Below are positions 1 to 11,721 of a DNA stretch of 64,000 nucleotides, one piece after another. The position numbers and the translations under genes were made by a program. Within the stretch, counting starts at the first letter, position 1. Every line of letters begins with the position of its first letter. The DNA is from Rhodocyclaceae bacterium (GTDB lineage Bacteria; Pseudomonadota; Gammaproteobacteria; Burkholderiales; Rhodocyclaceae). The stretch is from the NCBI GenBank assembly GCA_026417115.1, contig JAOADW010000008.1:31227-95226 (forward strand). Direction: 5' to 3'. The notes beneath the pieces are model-generated. The model was not told where the DNA came from, ran no database searches, and worked only from the letters and a program-made list of their open reading frames with translations.

Positions 1-87
1 GCCTTTCTCTGTGATTGATTTCGTGGGACATACCGGCACGCAATCGCCGCAGGACGTGCATTCGGATTGAATGATCTTCATTGCCAT
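1..87 (-). CDS. 4Fe-4S ferredoxin (FdxN-like), 5' part; runs off the window edge
   Basis: Manual translation MAMKIIQSECTSCGDCVPVCPTKSITEKG with CxxCxxCxxxCP; RBS AGGAG upstream; follows nifT. Confidence 0.85.
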   Translation of the reverse strand, partial: MAMKIIQSECTSCGDCVPVCPTKSITEKG

Positions 88-106
88 GATGAATCTCCTG
101 GTCTGT

Positions 107-328
107 TCATTCCACGCCGTCGATCCTGCGCGCGCGTACCGAAAACGGTAAGCGCGTCGGCGCAGGCTGAGGTTCGATGTAATAGACGCCGCCGTTTTTG
201 AGCCGTATCTCGCCGCCCCATTTCTCTGGCGAGTCGAATTCCAGAAAAACGATGGGATCTTCGATGTCGCGCTTGGGCATATAGAACACATAACCTTCAC
301 TGCCCTTGCGGATCATGATGTTGGCCAT
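107..328 (-). CDS. nifT: NifT/FixU family protein
   Basis: MANIMIRK...YMPKRDIEDPIV...KWGGEIRLKNGG, 73 aa, directly after nifK. Confidence 0.85.
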   Translation of the reverse strand: MANIMIRKGSEGYVFYMPKRDIEDPIVFLEFDSPEKWGGEIRLKNGGVYYIEPQPAPTRLPFSVRARRIDGVE

Positions 329-338
329 GGCTACCACC

Positions 339-1907
339 CTAGCGTATGAGGTCATAGTTGTAGTCAGTCGCAGCCATGTAGCGCGTTTCCTCATCGAGAC
401 GATCGAGCACCGCATTCACAAGCGTCGTTAGGATATACATCGCGCCTTCATAGCCCAACGTCGTCATGCGATGTAGATGATGTCGGTCGAAGATCGGGAA
501 GCCGATGCGAATGAGCGGCACTTCGAATTCTTTCCCCTTGTGCAAAGTGTCGCGCTGGATGTATTTGCCATAGCTGTTGCCGATCAAGAAATCCGGCTTC
601 TCAGTAAAGCACAAACTACGCAAATGCCAGAGATCGGCGCCCGGATAAATCTTGGCCTGCGCGCCATAAGGAGAAGATTCGAGCACCTTCTTCATCGCCT
701 TTTCCCAGCGCTTGCTGCTGTTGTGGCAAACGATGTGCGTCGGCTCGACGCCGAGTTCGAGCAGAAATTTCGTCAGCCCGAGGGTGAAATCCGGATCCCC
801 ATAGAGCGCCATCTTTTTTCCGTGCAGCCAAGCATGGCTATCGGTCATCATGTCGAGCAGGCGACCGCGCTCCTTCGTCAGGGATTCAGGAATCGGCTTA
901 CCGGTGACCTCGGAAATCTTCATCAACCATTCATCGGTCCATTCCACGCCCATCGGAATGTTGAGCTTGGGCACCTCGTGGTTCCACGTGTTTTCGATGA
1001 ATTTCTTTGTTTTGTCGAGGCCAAGGGGTTGGATCAAGAATGTCGTAATCGCATTGGGTGCATCTTTCACTTCTTCGATGGTGGTGCCGCCTGCATACAT
1101 CCGGTAGGTGCCGTCTGCAGGCGTATCCAACACTTCTTCGGGGTCGGACAGCATCGTGAATTCGACCCCCATCTCGCGAAGCATGCGTTTGATCACGCGG
1201 TAATTGCCCAGGTAGGTCTCGAAACCCGGCACGATATTGATCTTGCCATTCTTGCCGGGAGTCTTGCCTTCCATCTCATTGAGCGTGAAATAACGTAAGA
1301 TGCCCTCCTCCATGTTGTCCCAGCCCGTGACGTGGCTGCCGACGAATGACGGAGTGTGCGCGAACGGCACAGGGAAATCCTTGCCGATGTAGCCTTCCTT
1401 CTTCGCGTTATTGATGAATGCATTGAGATCATCGCCAATGACTTCGGCAATACAAGTCGTGCAGACGGCGATCATCTCTGCGCCGTAAAGCTTGGAGGCG
1501 TTCGCCAAGCCCTCATGGATGTTCTTTTGGCCTCCGAATACCGCCGCGTCTTCGGTCATCGAATCCGCGATGAACGCAATGGGCTCTTTGAAGTGGCGAT
1601 TGAAATAAGTACGAAAATAGGCCACGCAACCTTGTGAGCCATGGATATAAACCATGGTTTTATGATAGCCAAGCCCACAAAGCGCAGCGCCGAGCGGCTG
1701 ACAAGCCTTCGCTGGATTGATGGTGAGCGCCTCGCGCTTGAAGTTGAGGTCTTGATATTCCTTCGTGGTCGTCCAAAGGAAAACTTCATCGACCTTCGTC
1801 TTCTCAGGAGCTTCTTCGAACTTTTCGCGTTTCCTCGCGATCATTCCTTTGTAATCGTCGCTGCGGAAAAGCGGATAGCATGGCTTGATGTCTTCGACTA
1901 CTTGCAT
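339..1907 (-). CDS. nifK: Nitrogenase MoFe protein beta chain
   Basis: NPAKACQPLGA, HGSQGCVAYFR, GFPIFDRHHLHR; start set at MQVVEDIK after RBS GAAGGAG. Confidence 0.98.
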   Translation of the reverse strand: MQVVEDIKPCYPLFRSDDYKGMIARKREKFEEAPEKTKVDEVFLWTTTKEYQDLNFKREALTINPAKACQPLGAALCGLGYHKTMVYIHGSQGCVAYFRTYFNRHFKEPIAFIADSMTEDAAVFGGQKNIHEGLANASKLYGAEMIAVCTTCIAEVIGDDLNAFINNAKKEGYIGKDFPVPFAHTPSFVGSHVTGWDNMEEGILRYFTLNEMEGKTPGKNGKINIVPGFETYLGNYRVIKRMLREMGVEFTMLSDPEEVLDTPADGTYRMYAGGTTIEEVKDAPNAITTFLIQPLGLDKTKKFIENTWNHEVPKLNIPMGVEWTDEWLMKISEVTGKPIPESLTKERGRLLDMMTDSHAWLHGKKMALYGDPDFTLGLTKFLLELGVEPTHIVCHNSSKRWEKAMKKVLESSPYGAQAKIYPGADLWHLRSLCFTEKPDFLIGNSYGKYIQRDTLHKGKEFEVPLIRIGFPIFDRHHLHRMTTLGYEGAMYILTTLVNAVLDRLDEETRYMAATDYNYDLIR

Positions 1908-1968
1908 GGCTTTCTCCTTCGCCCGCCTGCTCGTCTGCAGGTCTGGGCAGCGGTTGATGAATGTCCGT

Positions 1969-3444
1969 TTATGCCGCCTTCTTGAGCTCGCTGGCATCGG
2001 TTTGCCTGAGCCAGGGCGGTGTAAGCATCTTCCAACAGGGATTATTCAACGCCATGTCCATATCACGGGCGAAGATGGCGAAGCCATCGTAGCCGTGATA
2101 CGGCCCGGAGTAATCCCAGCTGTGCATCTGACGGAATGGCACACCCATTTTGTGGAAGACATATTTTTCTTTGATGCCTGATCCAATCAAATCGGGTTTT
2201 AGCGCCTTCACGAATTCTTCGAGTTCATAGCCCGTCGCATCGTCATAGATCAGAGTCGCATCACCCATCTCCTTGATCGTGCGGTCATAGTCGTCGTTGT
2301 GCGCGAACTCATAGCCAGTGCCAATGACCTCCATGCCGAGATCTTCATAAGCGCCGACGACGTGACGCGGCCTCAAACCGCCGACGTACAGCATGACTTT
2401 TTTTCCTTGCAATCGCGGTTTGTATTTGGCGATCACGGCATTCATCACGGGCGTGTATTTTTCGATCACACGCTCGGCGCCTTCCTTGATGCGGTCGTCG
2501 AAGAAACTGGCAATTTTGCGGAGAGATTCGGCAATTTTGGTTGGTCCAAAGAAGTTGTATTCGATCCACGGAATGCCGTATTTCTCTTCCATATGACGCG
2601 CGATGTAATTCATCGAGCGATAACAATGCAAGAGATTGAGTTTGACATTCGGCGTGTTTTCGAGCTCGGCGAGTGTGCCGTCGCCCGACCACTGGGCAAC
2701 GACCCTGAGCCCCATCTCCTCCAGCAAAATCCGTGACGCCCAGGCATCGCCACCGATGTTGTAGTCGCCCAGGATGGCGACATCATAGGGCGTCTTTTCG
2801 AAAGCCTGGCCATCGCGGTTGGAAATGATCCAGTCACGTATCGAGTCATTGGCGATGTGGTGCCCCAAGGATTGGGATACGCCGCGGAATCCTTCGCAAC
2901 GCACTGGCACAACGGGTTTGCCGATTTGCGCCGACATTTTTTTCGCCACGGCTTCAATGTCATCACCGATGAGGCCAATCGGACATTCGGACTGAACTGT
3001 GATGCCTTTGTTCAACGGAAACAACATCTCGATTTCTTCGATCAGCTTCGCAAGCTTCTTATCACCGCCGAAGACGATGTCCTTTTCCTGAAAGTCCGAA
3101 GTGAAGTTCATCTCGCTGAACGTATCGACGCCCGTCGTGCCGACATAGTAGTTGCGCCGGCCTGCGCGTGAATACTGGCCGCAGCCGATTGGTCCATGGG
3201 AGATGGAGATCACGTCTTTGATCGGCCCCCAAACGACGCCTTTCGAACCCGCATAGGCACAGCCACGCATCGTCATGACGCCTGGCAACGACTTACGGTT
3301 CGAGGTTATGCACTTTTTCGACGATTCGAGCGTTTTGTCGTTAATCATGATATGTTTAGCGCGATCTTTCCTCGCCTTTTCCGGATAGACCTCGAGGACT
3401 TCTTGGATCAGCGCCTGGGTTTCTTCTCGTGTCAAAGCAGCCAT
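1969..3444 (-). CDS. nifD: Nitrogenase MoFe protein alpha chain
   Basis: [24 protein letters not shown] (FeMoco Cys), RQMHSWDY (FeMoco His). Confidence 0.98.
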   Translation of the reverse strand: MAALTREETQALIQEVLEVYPEKARKDRAKHIMINDKTLESSKKCITSNRKSLPGVMTMRGCAYAGSKGVVWGPIKDVISISHGPIGCGQYSRAGRRNYYVGTTGVDTFSEMNFTSDFQEKDIVFGGDKKLAKLIEEIEMLFPLNKGITVQSECPIGLIGDDIEAVAKKMSAQIGKPVVPVRCEGFRGVSQSLGHHIANDSIRDWIISNRDGQAFEKTPYDVAILGDYNIGGDAWASRILLEEMGLRVVAQWSGDGTLAELENTPNVKLNLLHCYRSMNYIARHMEEKYGIPWIEYNFFGPTKIAESLRKIASFFDDRIKEGAERVIEKYTPVMNAVIAKYKPRLQGKKVMLYVGGLRPRHVVGAYEDLGMEVIGTGYEFAHNDDYDRTIKEMGDATLIYDDATGYELEEFVKALKPDLIGSGIKEKYVFHKMGVPFRQMHSWDYSGPYHGYDGFAIFARDMDMALNNPCWKMLTPPWLRQTDASELKKAA

Positions 3445-3455
3445 ATCAGCCTCCT

Positions 3456-4448
<993 letters not shown>

Positions 4449-4452
4449 TCAA

Positions 4453-4465
4453 CAATCCATTGATT
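4453..4465 (-). promoter_or_regulatory. IHF binding site between UAS and nifH promoter
   Basis: AATCAATGGATTG fits WATCAANNNNTTR. Confidence 0.65.
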
Positions 4466-4509
4466 GGAAAGTTTTATTTCTTCACGCCCTTTGCGCACCC
4501 GTTTTCACC

Positions 4510-5346
4510 GTGTGTCGTACTTGCGACAAATCCGCATCACCTCCGACATTGCCGGCATATGCGCGCATGCCGATCAATCGCTGCAACCTGCCGGCCGTCA
4601 TCCTGGGCGGCTTGACATACCAGGAGCATCCGACACCGCTTGTGCTCGACGGTGTCGAGGAGCTGCATCGCGCCTTGTTTGCTCATCTCGACGCCTGCAA
4701 CGAGAGCGAGATGCGTGCGCGCATCTTCATCGCCGGCATGAACGCCCACTTTCGTCTCGACTCCCTTGAGGATGCCGGGCTGGCGAGTGCAACCGGCAAG
4801 CGGGCCAAGGCAGATTGGCGTCGCATCTTGCGTGGCTGGAGTTTCAATCCAGACAGCCGTGAAGGCGCTGTGCTCAAAGGTTGGGTCGAATCCCGTTTCG
4901 GGCTGTTGCCGCGCTTCCACGGCGAACCGCTACGAGACTGCGAGGGTGCTGCATGGCGACGTTATGAAGCGATGCGCGCGGCAGGTCTCTATGGCGCCAA
5001 CGCCCTCGAAGCCCAGCTCGATCTGCTTTACACGTGGTGCCAATACGAATTCCGCCGCCGCCAGCCCAAGACGACCCATTTATTGCTTTATCGGGGCATC
5101 AGCCGCCTTGCCGACCATGAAATATTGGACGAACACCCGAACAGATTGATCGTGCTGCTCAACAATCTCGTTTCCTTTACGGCCTCACGCGATCGCGCCG
5201 GCGAGTTCGGCGACGTCGTCGTTGCCGCCAGGGTACCGATCGCGAAAATTTTTTTTCATTGCGACTTGATCCCTGGCGTGCTTCAGGGCGAAGGCGAGCA
5301 CCTCGTCATCGGCGGCGTTTATGCCATGATGCGCGTCCCATGCTGA
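4510..5346 (+). CDS. draT: NAD+:dinitrogenase reductase ADP-ribosyltransferase (start uncertain)
   Basis: NRCNLP, LRGWSFNPDSREGAVLKGWVESRFGL, LEAQLDLLYTWCQYE, LQGEGEHLVIGG; divergent from nifH. Confidence 0.93.
   Translation: MCRTCDKSASPPTLPAYARMPINRCNLPAVILGGLTYQEHPTPLVLDGVEELHRALFAHLDACNESEMRARIFIAGMNAHFRLDSLEDAGLASATGKRAKADWRRILRGWSFNPDSREGAVLKGWVESRFGLLPRFHGEPLRDCEGAAWRRYEAMRAAGLYGANALEAQLDLLYTWCQYEFRRRQPKTTHLLLYRGISRLADHEILDEHPNRLIVLLNNLVSFTASRDRAGEFGDVVVAARVPIAKIFFHCDLIPGVLQGEGEHLVIGGVYAMMRVPC
4513..4528. promoter_or_regulatory. NifA upstream activator sequence (nifH)
   Basis: TGT-CGTACTTGCG-ACA (TGT-N10-ACA). Confidence 0.85.
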
Positions 5347-5632
5347 GGTGTTTCCTTGCCCCGGAAAAAATCCGCATGGGAAGACAGGAACTTACCTCGG
5401 GACCTCTGCGTCAGTGAGAGCATTGCGTAAGAAGACGACGGCCAAGCAATGCGCTAGGCGCCGTACACACTATAGCTGGCAAATAACGCAAGCCTTTCGT
5501 CGTTGCTTGCCGCCAATCCATTCTGCCAATCCACGCCAACCTCTCTGGTATGGCAAGCAAGTCTTGCGACCGCGCGGCCAAGCGGCCACTCAGACCAAAG
5601 AGCCTACGAGGGATGCCTTTCTTACGCGATTT

Positions 5633-5648
5633 TGTCGCAGAGTCGACA
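5633..5648. promoter_or_regulatory. NifA UAS upstream of the SIR2-like gene
   Basis: TGT-CGCAGAGTCG-ACA. Confidence 0.7.
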
Positions 5649-5689
5649 AATACCGCCGTCGTTTTTCGTAAGAAGCGTCCTAAAGCGCT

Positions 5690-5704
5690 TGGTACGTTTC
5701 TTGC
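5690..5704 (+). promoter_or_regulatory. Sigma54 promoter of the SIR2-like gene
   Basis: TGGTAC-GTTTC-TTGC, about 30 bp before ATG 5736. Confidence 0.7.
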
Positions 5705-5735
5705 GTTCTTTACCGCGCAAGGCGATGTGATTAGC

Positions 5736-6587
5736 ATGTTCTCGAAATTTCCTCCTTCGCTCATTGAAGGCCTGAAGACAGGCCGAATCATTCCCTATCT
5801 AGGCCCAGGCGTGCTGGCCGATGTGCGCGCGCTGGCGGATGGCCGGCCTATGCCGGCCACAAACGAGGAGCTGATCTTGGCCCTGACAGGCGGCAAACCC
5901 TTATCGCCTAAACTGATGCATGAATTTTCGCGCGCCGCCATGCATATCGAATTCAAGCGTGGGCGCACGGCCTTGACGAGATTTCTGGATGCTACCTATG
6001 GCTCCACGGCTTGGACTCGAGCTGCGATTCACGATTGGCTGCAACAGATTTGCCCGCCTTACGTGATCGACATCAACCGTGATGCGCAATTGCTAGAGAG
6101 CTACGCCACACGCCCGCATCTGCTCATCCAGGGCTGCGCCCGTCTAAGCGGGACGGATTATCGTTTCCGCCTGTTTGGCTATGATGGTCAGAAATATGTC
6201 CCACTATCTTCCAACGATGTGCCTGGAGATGTGCCAATACTCTTCAAGCCCATGGGATCGCCGCTTCCACAGCCAAGTTATATTGCATCGGATGCAGACT
6301 ATGTGGATTACATCACTGAATTAATGGGCGGATTCGCGATTCCCTCCTTCGTCAAAAGGTTGCGGCGCGGAAAACAATATCTGTTTTTGGGGATGCGCTT
6401 TCTACGGGATACCGAGCGCATGATCGCGAGGGAGCTCATTTTTGATTCTGCCCAGCCTGCCGGCTGGGCGCTAATCGATGCACCCAGCGAAAAGGAAAAG
6501 CGTTTTCTCGCTACGCTCGGCATTGAAATCATTCTCATGGACTCCGCGGCGTTGATTGATCAGTGCTCGCCTGCAGCGATTCCATGA
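5736..6587 (+). CDS. nif-associated SIR2-like (SIR2_2) domain protein
   Basis: IIPYLGPG, VIDINRD, ILFKPMGSP, YIASDADYVDY, YLFLG are the motif pattern of SIR2_2 proteins found in nif clusters. Confidence 0.75.
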   Translation: MFSKFPPSLIEGLKTGRIIPYLGPGVLADVRALADGRPMPATNEELILALTGGKPLSPKLMHEFSRAAMHIEFKRGRTALTRFLDATYGSTAWTRAAIHDWLQQICPPYVIDINRDAQLLESYATRPHLLIQGCARLSGTDYRFRLFGYDGQKYVPLSSNDVPGDVPILFKPMGSPLPQPSYIASDADYVDYITELMGGFAIPSFVKRLRRGKQYLFLGMRFLRDTERMIARELIFDSAQPAGWALIDAPSEKEKRFLATLGIEIILMDSAALIDQCSPAAIP

Positions 6588-7447
6588 GCTATGAGCGCAT
6601 ACGCTTGTCTTTTACACGCCTCACGAATCGTTGGGTCGAGCCTTTCCAGCCATCGTGGCGGAATGGACGCAAGACCATACAATGCCCCAGCCAGCATGCC
6701 GGCAATGGCTCCCGTCGTGTCAGCATCGCCGCCTCGATTGACGACATCGACGAGGCACTCCTCGAAACCATCGGTATCGAATATGGCTTGGAGGACGGCG
6801 CGCATCGTCTCGACCACCCAGCCGCTTGGATTTTCTAGCCGTTTGATCCGATAGGAAAAAACAGGTTGGGCCGCGACTAAAGGCAAGACGCGCTGGCGGT
6901 AGATCTGCGGCAGCGTCATGCCGAGAATGGCGTCCTGCACGAACAGCGCAAGAAATATCGAGGCTGCATCGGAAACCGGATTGTTATGGGTGATGTGCGC
7001 CTGCGCAATCACAGTTTTTGCCACCGCATCCTCGTCTTGTCCTAGAGTGGCCAACGCAACCGGCAACACGCGCATTGCCGCACCATTGCCTGCGTCATGT
7101 TCTGAAGGCGGCGCGCAGGGCACACCGCTCTGGCGATAGCGCAGGAGATTACGCCGCACGGTGTTGCCGATGTCGATCGGCTTTGCGCGCATCCAGGCAT
7201 CGAAAGCCCGTGCGCAAGTCATGGCATCGACTCGCCCTTGATTCGCGATGATCGCTTCGCCCAACGCCAGCGCCATCGTCGTATCGTCAGTAACCTGGCC
7301 TGGCTTGAGTCTCAGCCAGCCGCCTCCCTTGATGTCACGATGGACTACATACTGCGCGCGGATCTCCTGTGCGGTCATGAACTCGACGGTAGCGCCAAGC
7401 GCATCGCCGATGGCCAAACCCAGATAGGCGGCCGCGGCGCGACGCAT
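6560..7447 (-). CDS. draG: ADP-ribosyl-dinitrogenase reductase glycohydrolase (start may be 7486)
   Basis: GLAIGDALGATVEF, GQVTDDT, GNGAAMR, GGDADTTGAIAG. Confidence 0.93.
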   Translation of the reverse strand: MRRAAAAYLGLAIGDALGATVEFMTAQEIRAQYVVHRDIKGGGWLRLKPGQVTDDTTMALALGEAIIANQGRVDAMTCARAFDAWMRAKPIDIGNTVRRNLLRYRQSGVPCAPPSEHDAGNGAAMRVLPVALATLGQDEDAVAKTVIAQAHITHNNPVSDAASIFLALFVQDAILGMTLPQIYRQRVLPLVAAQPVFSYRIKRLENPSGWVVETMRAVLQAIFDTDGFEECLVDVVNRGGDADTTGAIAGMLAGALYGLASIPPRWLERLDPTIREACKRQAYALIAHGIAAGEH

Positions 7448-7451
7448 GATC

Positions 7452-7814
7452 TCATCGGCTTGGATACTCGACGAGGATGTCTTCATCGCGTACCACCATC
7501 TGGCAGGCCAACCGCCATTCATTGGGCGCGATGTCATCGAGCATCATGCGTTCGATCTCTGCTTGAGTGATCTTTCCCATTTCTTTCAACACCTTGATCT
7601 CGCGCTCGGTAAGCGGATTGGCCAAGGGCTTTTTTCTGGGATCGATGCGTTTGACTTTGACGAGACAGGTGCCACATTCGCCATCACCGCAAGAAAAATC
7701 TATGGGGATATGATGCTCCCGCGCTATCTGCAGGATGCTCTGTTTATGGCTGCCCGCGGGGGCATAAACGGTCTTGTCTTTATGCAAAGGGCTGGAAAAC
7801 GTGATCAAAGGCAT
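7452..7814 (-). CDS. 2Fe-2S ferredoxin resembling Shethna protein II (FeSII)
   Basis: ITFSSPL N-terminus, CGDGECGTC, long helical insert LTEREIKVLKEMGK, WRLACQ. Confidence 0.75.
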   Translation of the reverse strand: MPLITFSSPLHKDKTVYAPAGSHKQSILQIAREHHIPIDFSCGDGECGTCLVKVKRIDPRKKPLANPLTEREIKVLKEMGKITQAEIERMMLDDIAPNEWRLACQMVVRDEDILVEYPSR

Positions 7815-7838
7815 GAAAATCTCCCTCTCAAGCAAAAA

Positions 7839-8415
<577 letters not shown>

Positions 8416-8416
<1 letters not shown>

Positions 8417-10017
8417 TACGCCACCTTTTGCGCCGGCACCTGCGAGGCGAGTTTCCCTGCAGCGTGCATTTCGTGCCAAACGGCCATGCAAGCGGATTCG
8501 ACGGATTCCCAGGGGTGCTCGCCATTCGGCAGGATGCCTGCTGCCTCCAGTCGTTTCCAGGGCTCGTAACCGATTTTTGCGCAAAGCACCACTTCGCAGC
8601 CAGCAAGCGCCTGTATCGTTTTCTCAAGCGTATCTTCGTTTTCTCCGCATGCCGCGCTGCCCACGCAATAAAGATCCGTCTTGCGATGGCCAACAAGCTT
8701 TGCCCCGCTTGCGCTGACCTCATAGACAAGAAACTCGCGTGCATGGCCGAAGTGCTCGGCTACCAAACCATTTTTCGCTGCCACTGCCATAAGCACGGTA
8801 CGGCCAGAAACGTTGTCCGATTTGCTGGGCGAATGATTGACAGGAGCGTGGCCAGAGACCTCTAACTCTGTCGCGCCGGCGTGCAAAAAAGCCGGACGCG
8901 GCTGTCGGTGCAGCGTAATCACGGCCTGCTGGTGCCGGCGGGCGCTGTCATTTTCCTCGGTCGCCTTGCGCTCTGCAGCGATTTTTTCACGCCACGCCAT
9001 GCGTCGCTGGCGCGCTGCGGCCAAGAAATCGTCTGTGATCGTCATCGTCTCGATTTTGTCCAGCGTGAATTCCGATGCGCGATCTTCTCCCAGTAGTCCG
9101 ATTGCATCGGCGCGACATTGTCGACAATGTCGCATCATGGCCATGTTTCCTTCACAGGCATCCTGTAACGCCTTGAGTTCTTCGGGCGTGGGGCTGCGTT
9201 GCCCCATTACGCCGTAATATGTGCCATGTTCTGGCGCTGAAATGAGTGGCATGATATTGTGAAGAAGCGCGCCTTTTTCCTTGATGCATGCGGAAACCGT
9301 CTTCAGATGCTCATCATTGACGCCGGGAATCAACACTGAGTTGACCTTCACGAGGATGCCGCGCGCAATCAGCATTTCCAATCCCTTCTGCTGCTGTTCG
9401 ATGAGAATTTCCGCTGCTGCGCGGCCGCGGATGCGTTTATGTTTCCAGAATATCCAAGGATAAATCTCCGCCCCGATGTCCGCATCGAGACAATTGATCG
9501 TAATCGTCACATGGTCAATATGAAGACGCGCGAGTTCGTCGACATAATGTGGCAAGGCAAGGCCATTGGTCGATAGGCACAATTTGAGGTCTGGCACCCT
9601 TTCCGCAAGCATGCGAAATGTCGCAAAAGTGCGCTCAGGATTGGCCAGAGGATCGCCTGGCCCTGCAATCCCGACGACGGCGAGCTGAGGCATGGCGGCG
9701 GCCACGACGACGGCTTTCTTTACGGCTTGCTCTGGCGTCAAAAGTTCTGACACAACGCCAGGCCGAGATTCGTTTGCACAGTCATATTTACGGTTGCAGT
9801 AGTGACACTGAATGTTGCATGCCGGCGCGACGGCCACGTGCATACGCGCAAAATGATGATGTGCTTTTTCGGAATAACAAGGATGATCCTCGATGCGTCG
9901 GCGAGTTTCATCAGACAAAACCTCACCGCGCGCCGCGGAGGTGCCGCACCCAGAAGCCTGGCAGCCATGAAAGGACACAAGTTGAGCGTGCGCAAAAAAA
10001 GCCACGATATTCTCCAT
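8416..10017 (-). CDS. nifB: FeMo-cofactor biosynthesis radical SAM protein
   Basis: HPC, CNIQCHYCNRKYDC, AGPGDPLAN, CRQCRADA, C-terminal NifX-like domain (HFGHA). Confidence 0.97.
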
Positions 10018-10115
10018 AGGCGAGACCCATTTCGTCTTCCTTTCCTTGCGTATTCCTCATTTCTTCAGAGGACGCCGCACACAGTCAAGGCTGACGAGCA
10101 TTCAGGGACTTATCT

Positions 10116-10187
10116 GCAATGCGCATGCCAAGACAACAACTCATTGATTTACTTGAAGAGGCTAGAGCCGTTGTCGTAAATGCGACA
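10116..10187 (-). promoter_or_regulatory. nifB control region: sigma54 promoter (10116-10130), IHF site (10137-10149), NifA UAS (10172-10187)
   Basis: TGGCAT-GCGCA-TTGC; AATCAATGAGTTG; TGT-CGTAAATGCG-ACA. Confidence 0.85.
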
Positions 10188-10196
10188 GCGCTTCTG

Positions 10197-11720
10197 TCAA
10201 AATTGTTTCACTTCGATGCCGAGGATCTGGATGCGATAGGCGATCTGGCGCGGCGTCATACCCAAAAGGCGCGCGGCCTTTGCCTGCACCCAGCCGGCTT
10301 TTTCAAGGGCGGCGATGATGCGCTCGCGTTCGCTCCCCTCGCCCGTAGGAACCTGAGTCGCCATTCGAACGCTTCGCTCGGCGATCTTGGTAGATGCGGC
10401 CTCCCATCGTGGCCGCCCAATTTCAATGAGGTCTGCTCCGATGACGCCATTCTCGGACAACACCGCCGCGCGCTCCAAACAGTTTTCTAGTTCTCGCACA
10501 TTGCCAGGCCAATGGTAATGCATGAGTCGTCGCATTGCGGCATCCTCGAGCGTCAGAGTACGACCTTGCTGCGCCGCTATGCGTGTAAGCAGATGGCGGG
10601 CAAGATCGGGCACGTCTTCCATGCGCTCCCGCAGCGGGGGCAACTCTATCGTCATAACATTGAGCCGATAATAAAGGTCTTCCCGAAATCGGCCCTCGGC
10701 GACAGCCGTTTCGAGGTCACGATGAGTCGCCGCGATGAGGCGCACGTCCACTTTCAGCGTGCGCATGCCGCCGACGCGTTCGAATTCTCCTTCTTGCAAC
10801 ACACGTAAAAGCTTGGCCTGGAAAGCTGCGGAAATCTCGCCGATTTCATCTAAGAACAAAGTGCCACCGTCAGCAGCTTCAAAACGGCCTTTGCGCGTGG
10901 CGATGGCGCCAGTGAAAGCGCCTTTTTCATGCCCAAAAAGCTCAGACTCGAGAAGATTCTCGGGCAAAGTAGCGCAATTCAAACGCACGTAAGGGCCTCG
11001 CGCGCGCGGCGAGTTGTAATGTATGGCATTGGCCACGAGTTCTTTGCCCGTACCTGTCTCGCCGCGAATCAGGACCGTCGTATTCCATTTCGCCACCATG
11101 CGGATCTGATCGAATACCCTGCGCATGCGGGCCGAACGGCCCACGATGTTGTCGAAGCCATACCTGCCGCGGATGGTGCGCCGTAGTGAGTCGCGTTCGT
11201 CCGTAAGCGAGCGCTTCTCTTCCTCCACCTCGAGCGCCAGGCGCACGCTTTGGCCAATTAAGTTGGCGACCATCGTCACGAAACGCGCGATCTCCGCAAG
11301 ACTGCCTTTCTCACTGCCTTCGGGTTGGACGGCGAGCACACCCACCCGGCGGTTTGCCGCTGAGATCGGCGCAGCGATGAAGGGCAACGCCGGATCATAA
11401 ATGCCCAAGCGGTTCAGAAAGCGCGGGTCGTTGCCGAGACGCTCGACGACGATAGTTTCGCCTGCCTCGAATGCGACGCCGAGCACGCCTTCTCCCGCCT
11501 GATAACGCACTGAAGCGAATGCGGCGTCGTCAAAACCGTGCACGGCTGTGATGGCGAGATCACCCTGGTCCGGCTCGACGACGCAGATGAGGCCTCGCAC
11601 AAAGCCGGCAGCGGCCAGCGCATCGAGCACGTCACGCAGCGTCTGCCGATAATCGAGAGAGCGTGAAAGCACCTCGCTGACACGGTATAGGACATCGATC
11701 GTGATCGGGCAAAGGGACAT
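10197..11720 (-). CDS. nifA: Nif-specific sigma54 activator
   Basis: GAF domain, GETGTGKE, GAFTGA, HTH GWVQAKAARLLGMTPRQIAYRI. Confidence 0.97.
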   Translation of the reverse strand: MSLCPITIDVLYRVSEVLSRSLDYRQTLRDVLDALAAAGFVRGLICVVEPDQGDLAITAVHGFDDAAFASVRYQAGEGVLGVAFEAGETIVVERLGNDPRFLNRLGIYDPALPFIAAPISAANRRVGVLAVQPEGSEKGSLAEIARFVTMVANLIGQSVRLALEVEEEKRSLTDERDSLRRTIRGRYGFDNIVGRSARMRRVFDQIRMVAKWNTTVLIRGETGTGKELVANAIHYNSPRARGPYVRLNCATLPENLLESELFGHEKGAFTGAIATRKGRFEAADGGTLFLDEIGEISAAFQAKLLRVLQEGEFERVGGMRTLKVDVRLIAATHRDLETAVAEGRFREDLYYRLNVMTIELPPLRERMEDVPDLARHLLTRIAAQQGRTLTLEDAAMRRLMHYHWPGNVRELENCLERAAVLSENGVIGADLIEIGRPRWEAASTKIAERSVRMATQVPTGEGSERERIIAALEKAGWVQAKAARLLGMTPRQIAYRIQILGIEVKQF

Positions 11721-11721
11721 A

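Noticed and set aside
5348-5791. Short ORFs in the draT-SIR2 spacer
   Set aside because: No recognisable motifs or RBS, and they overlap the UAS and promoter
5736-6587. SIR2 anti-phage defence system
   Set aside because: No partner defence genes; it has a NifA/sigma54 promoter and nif context
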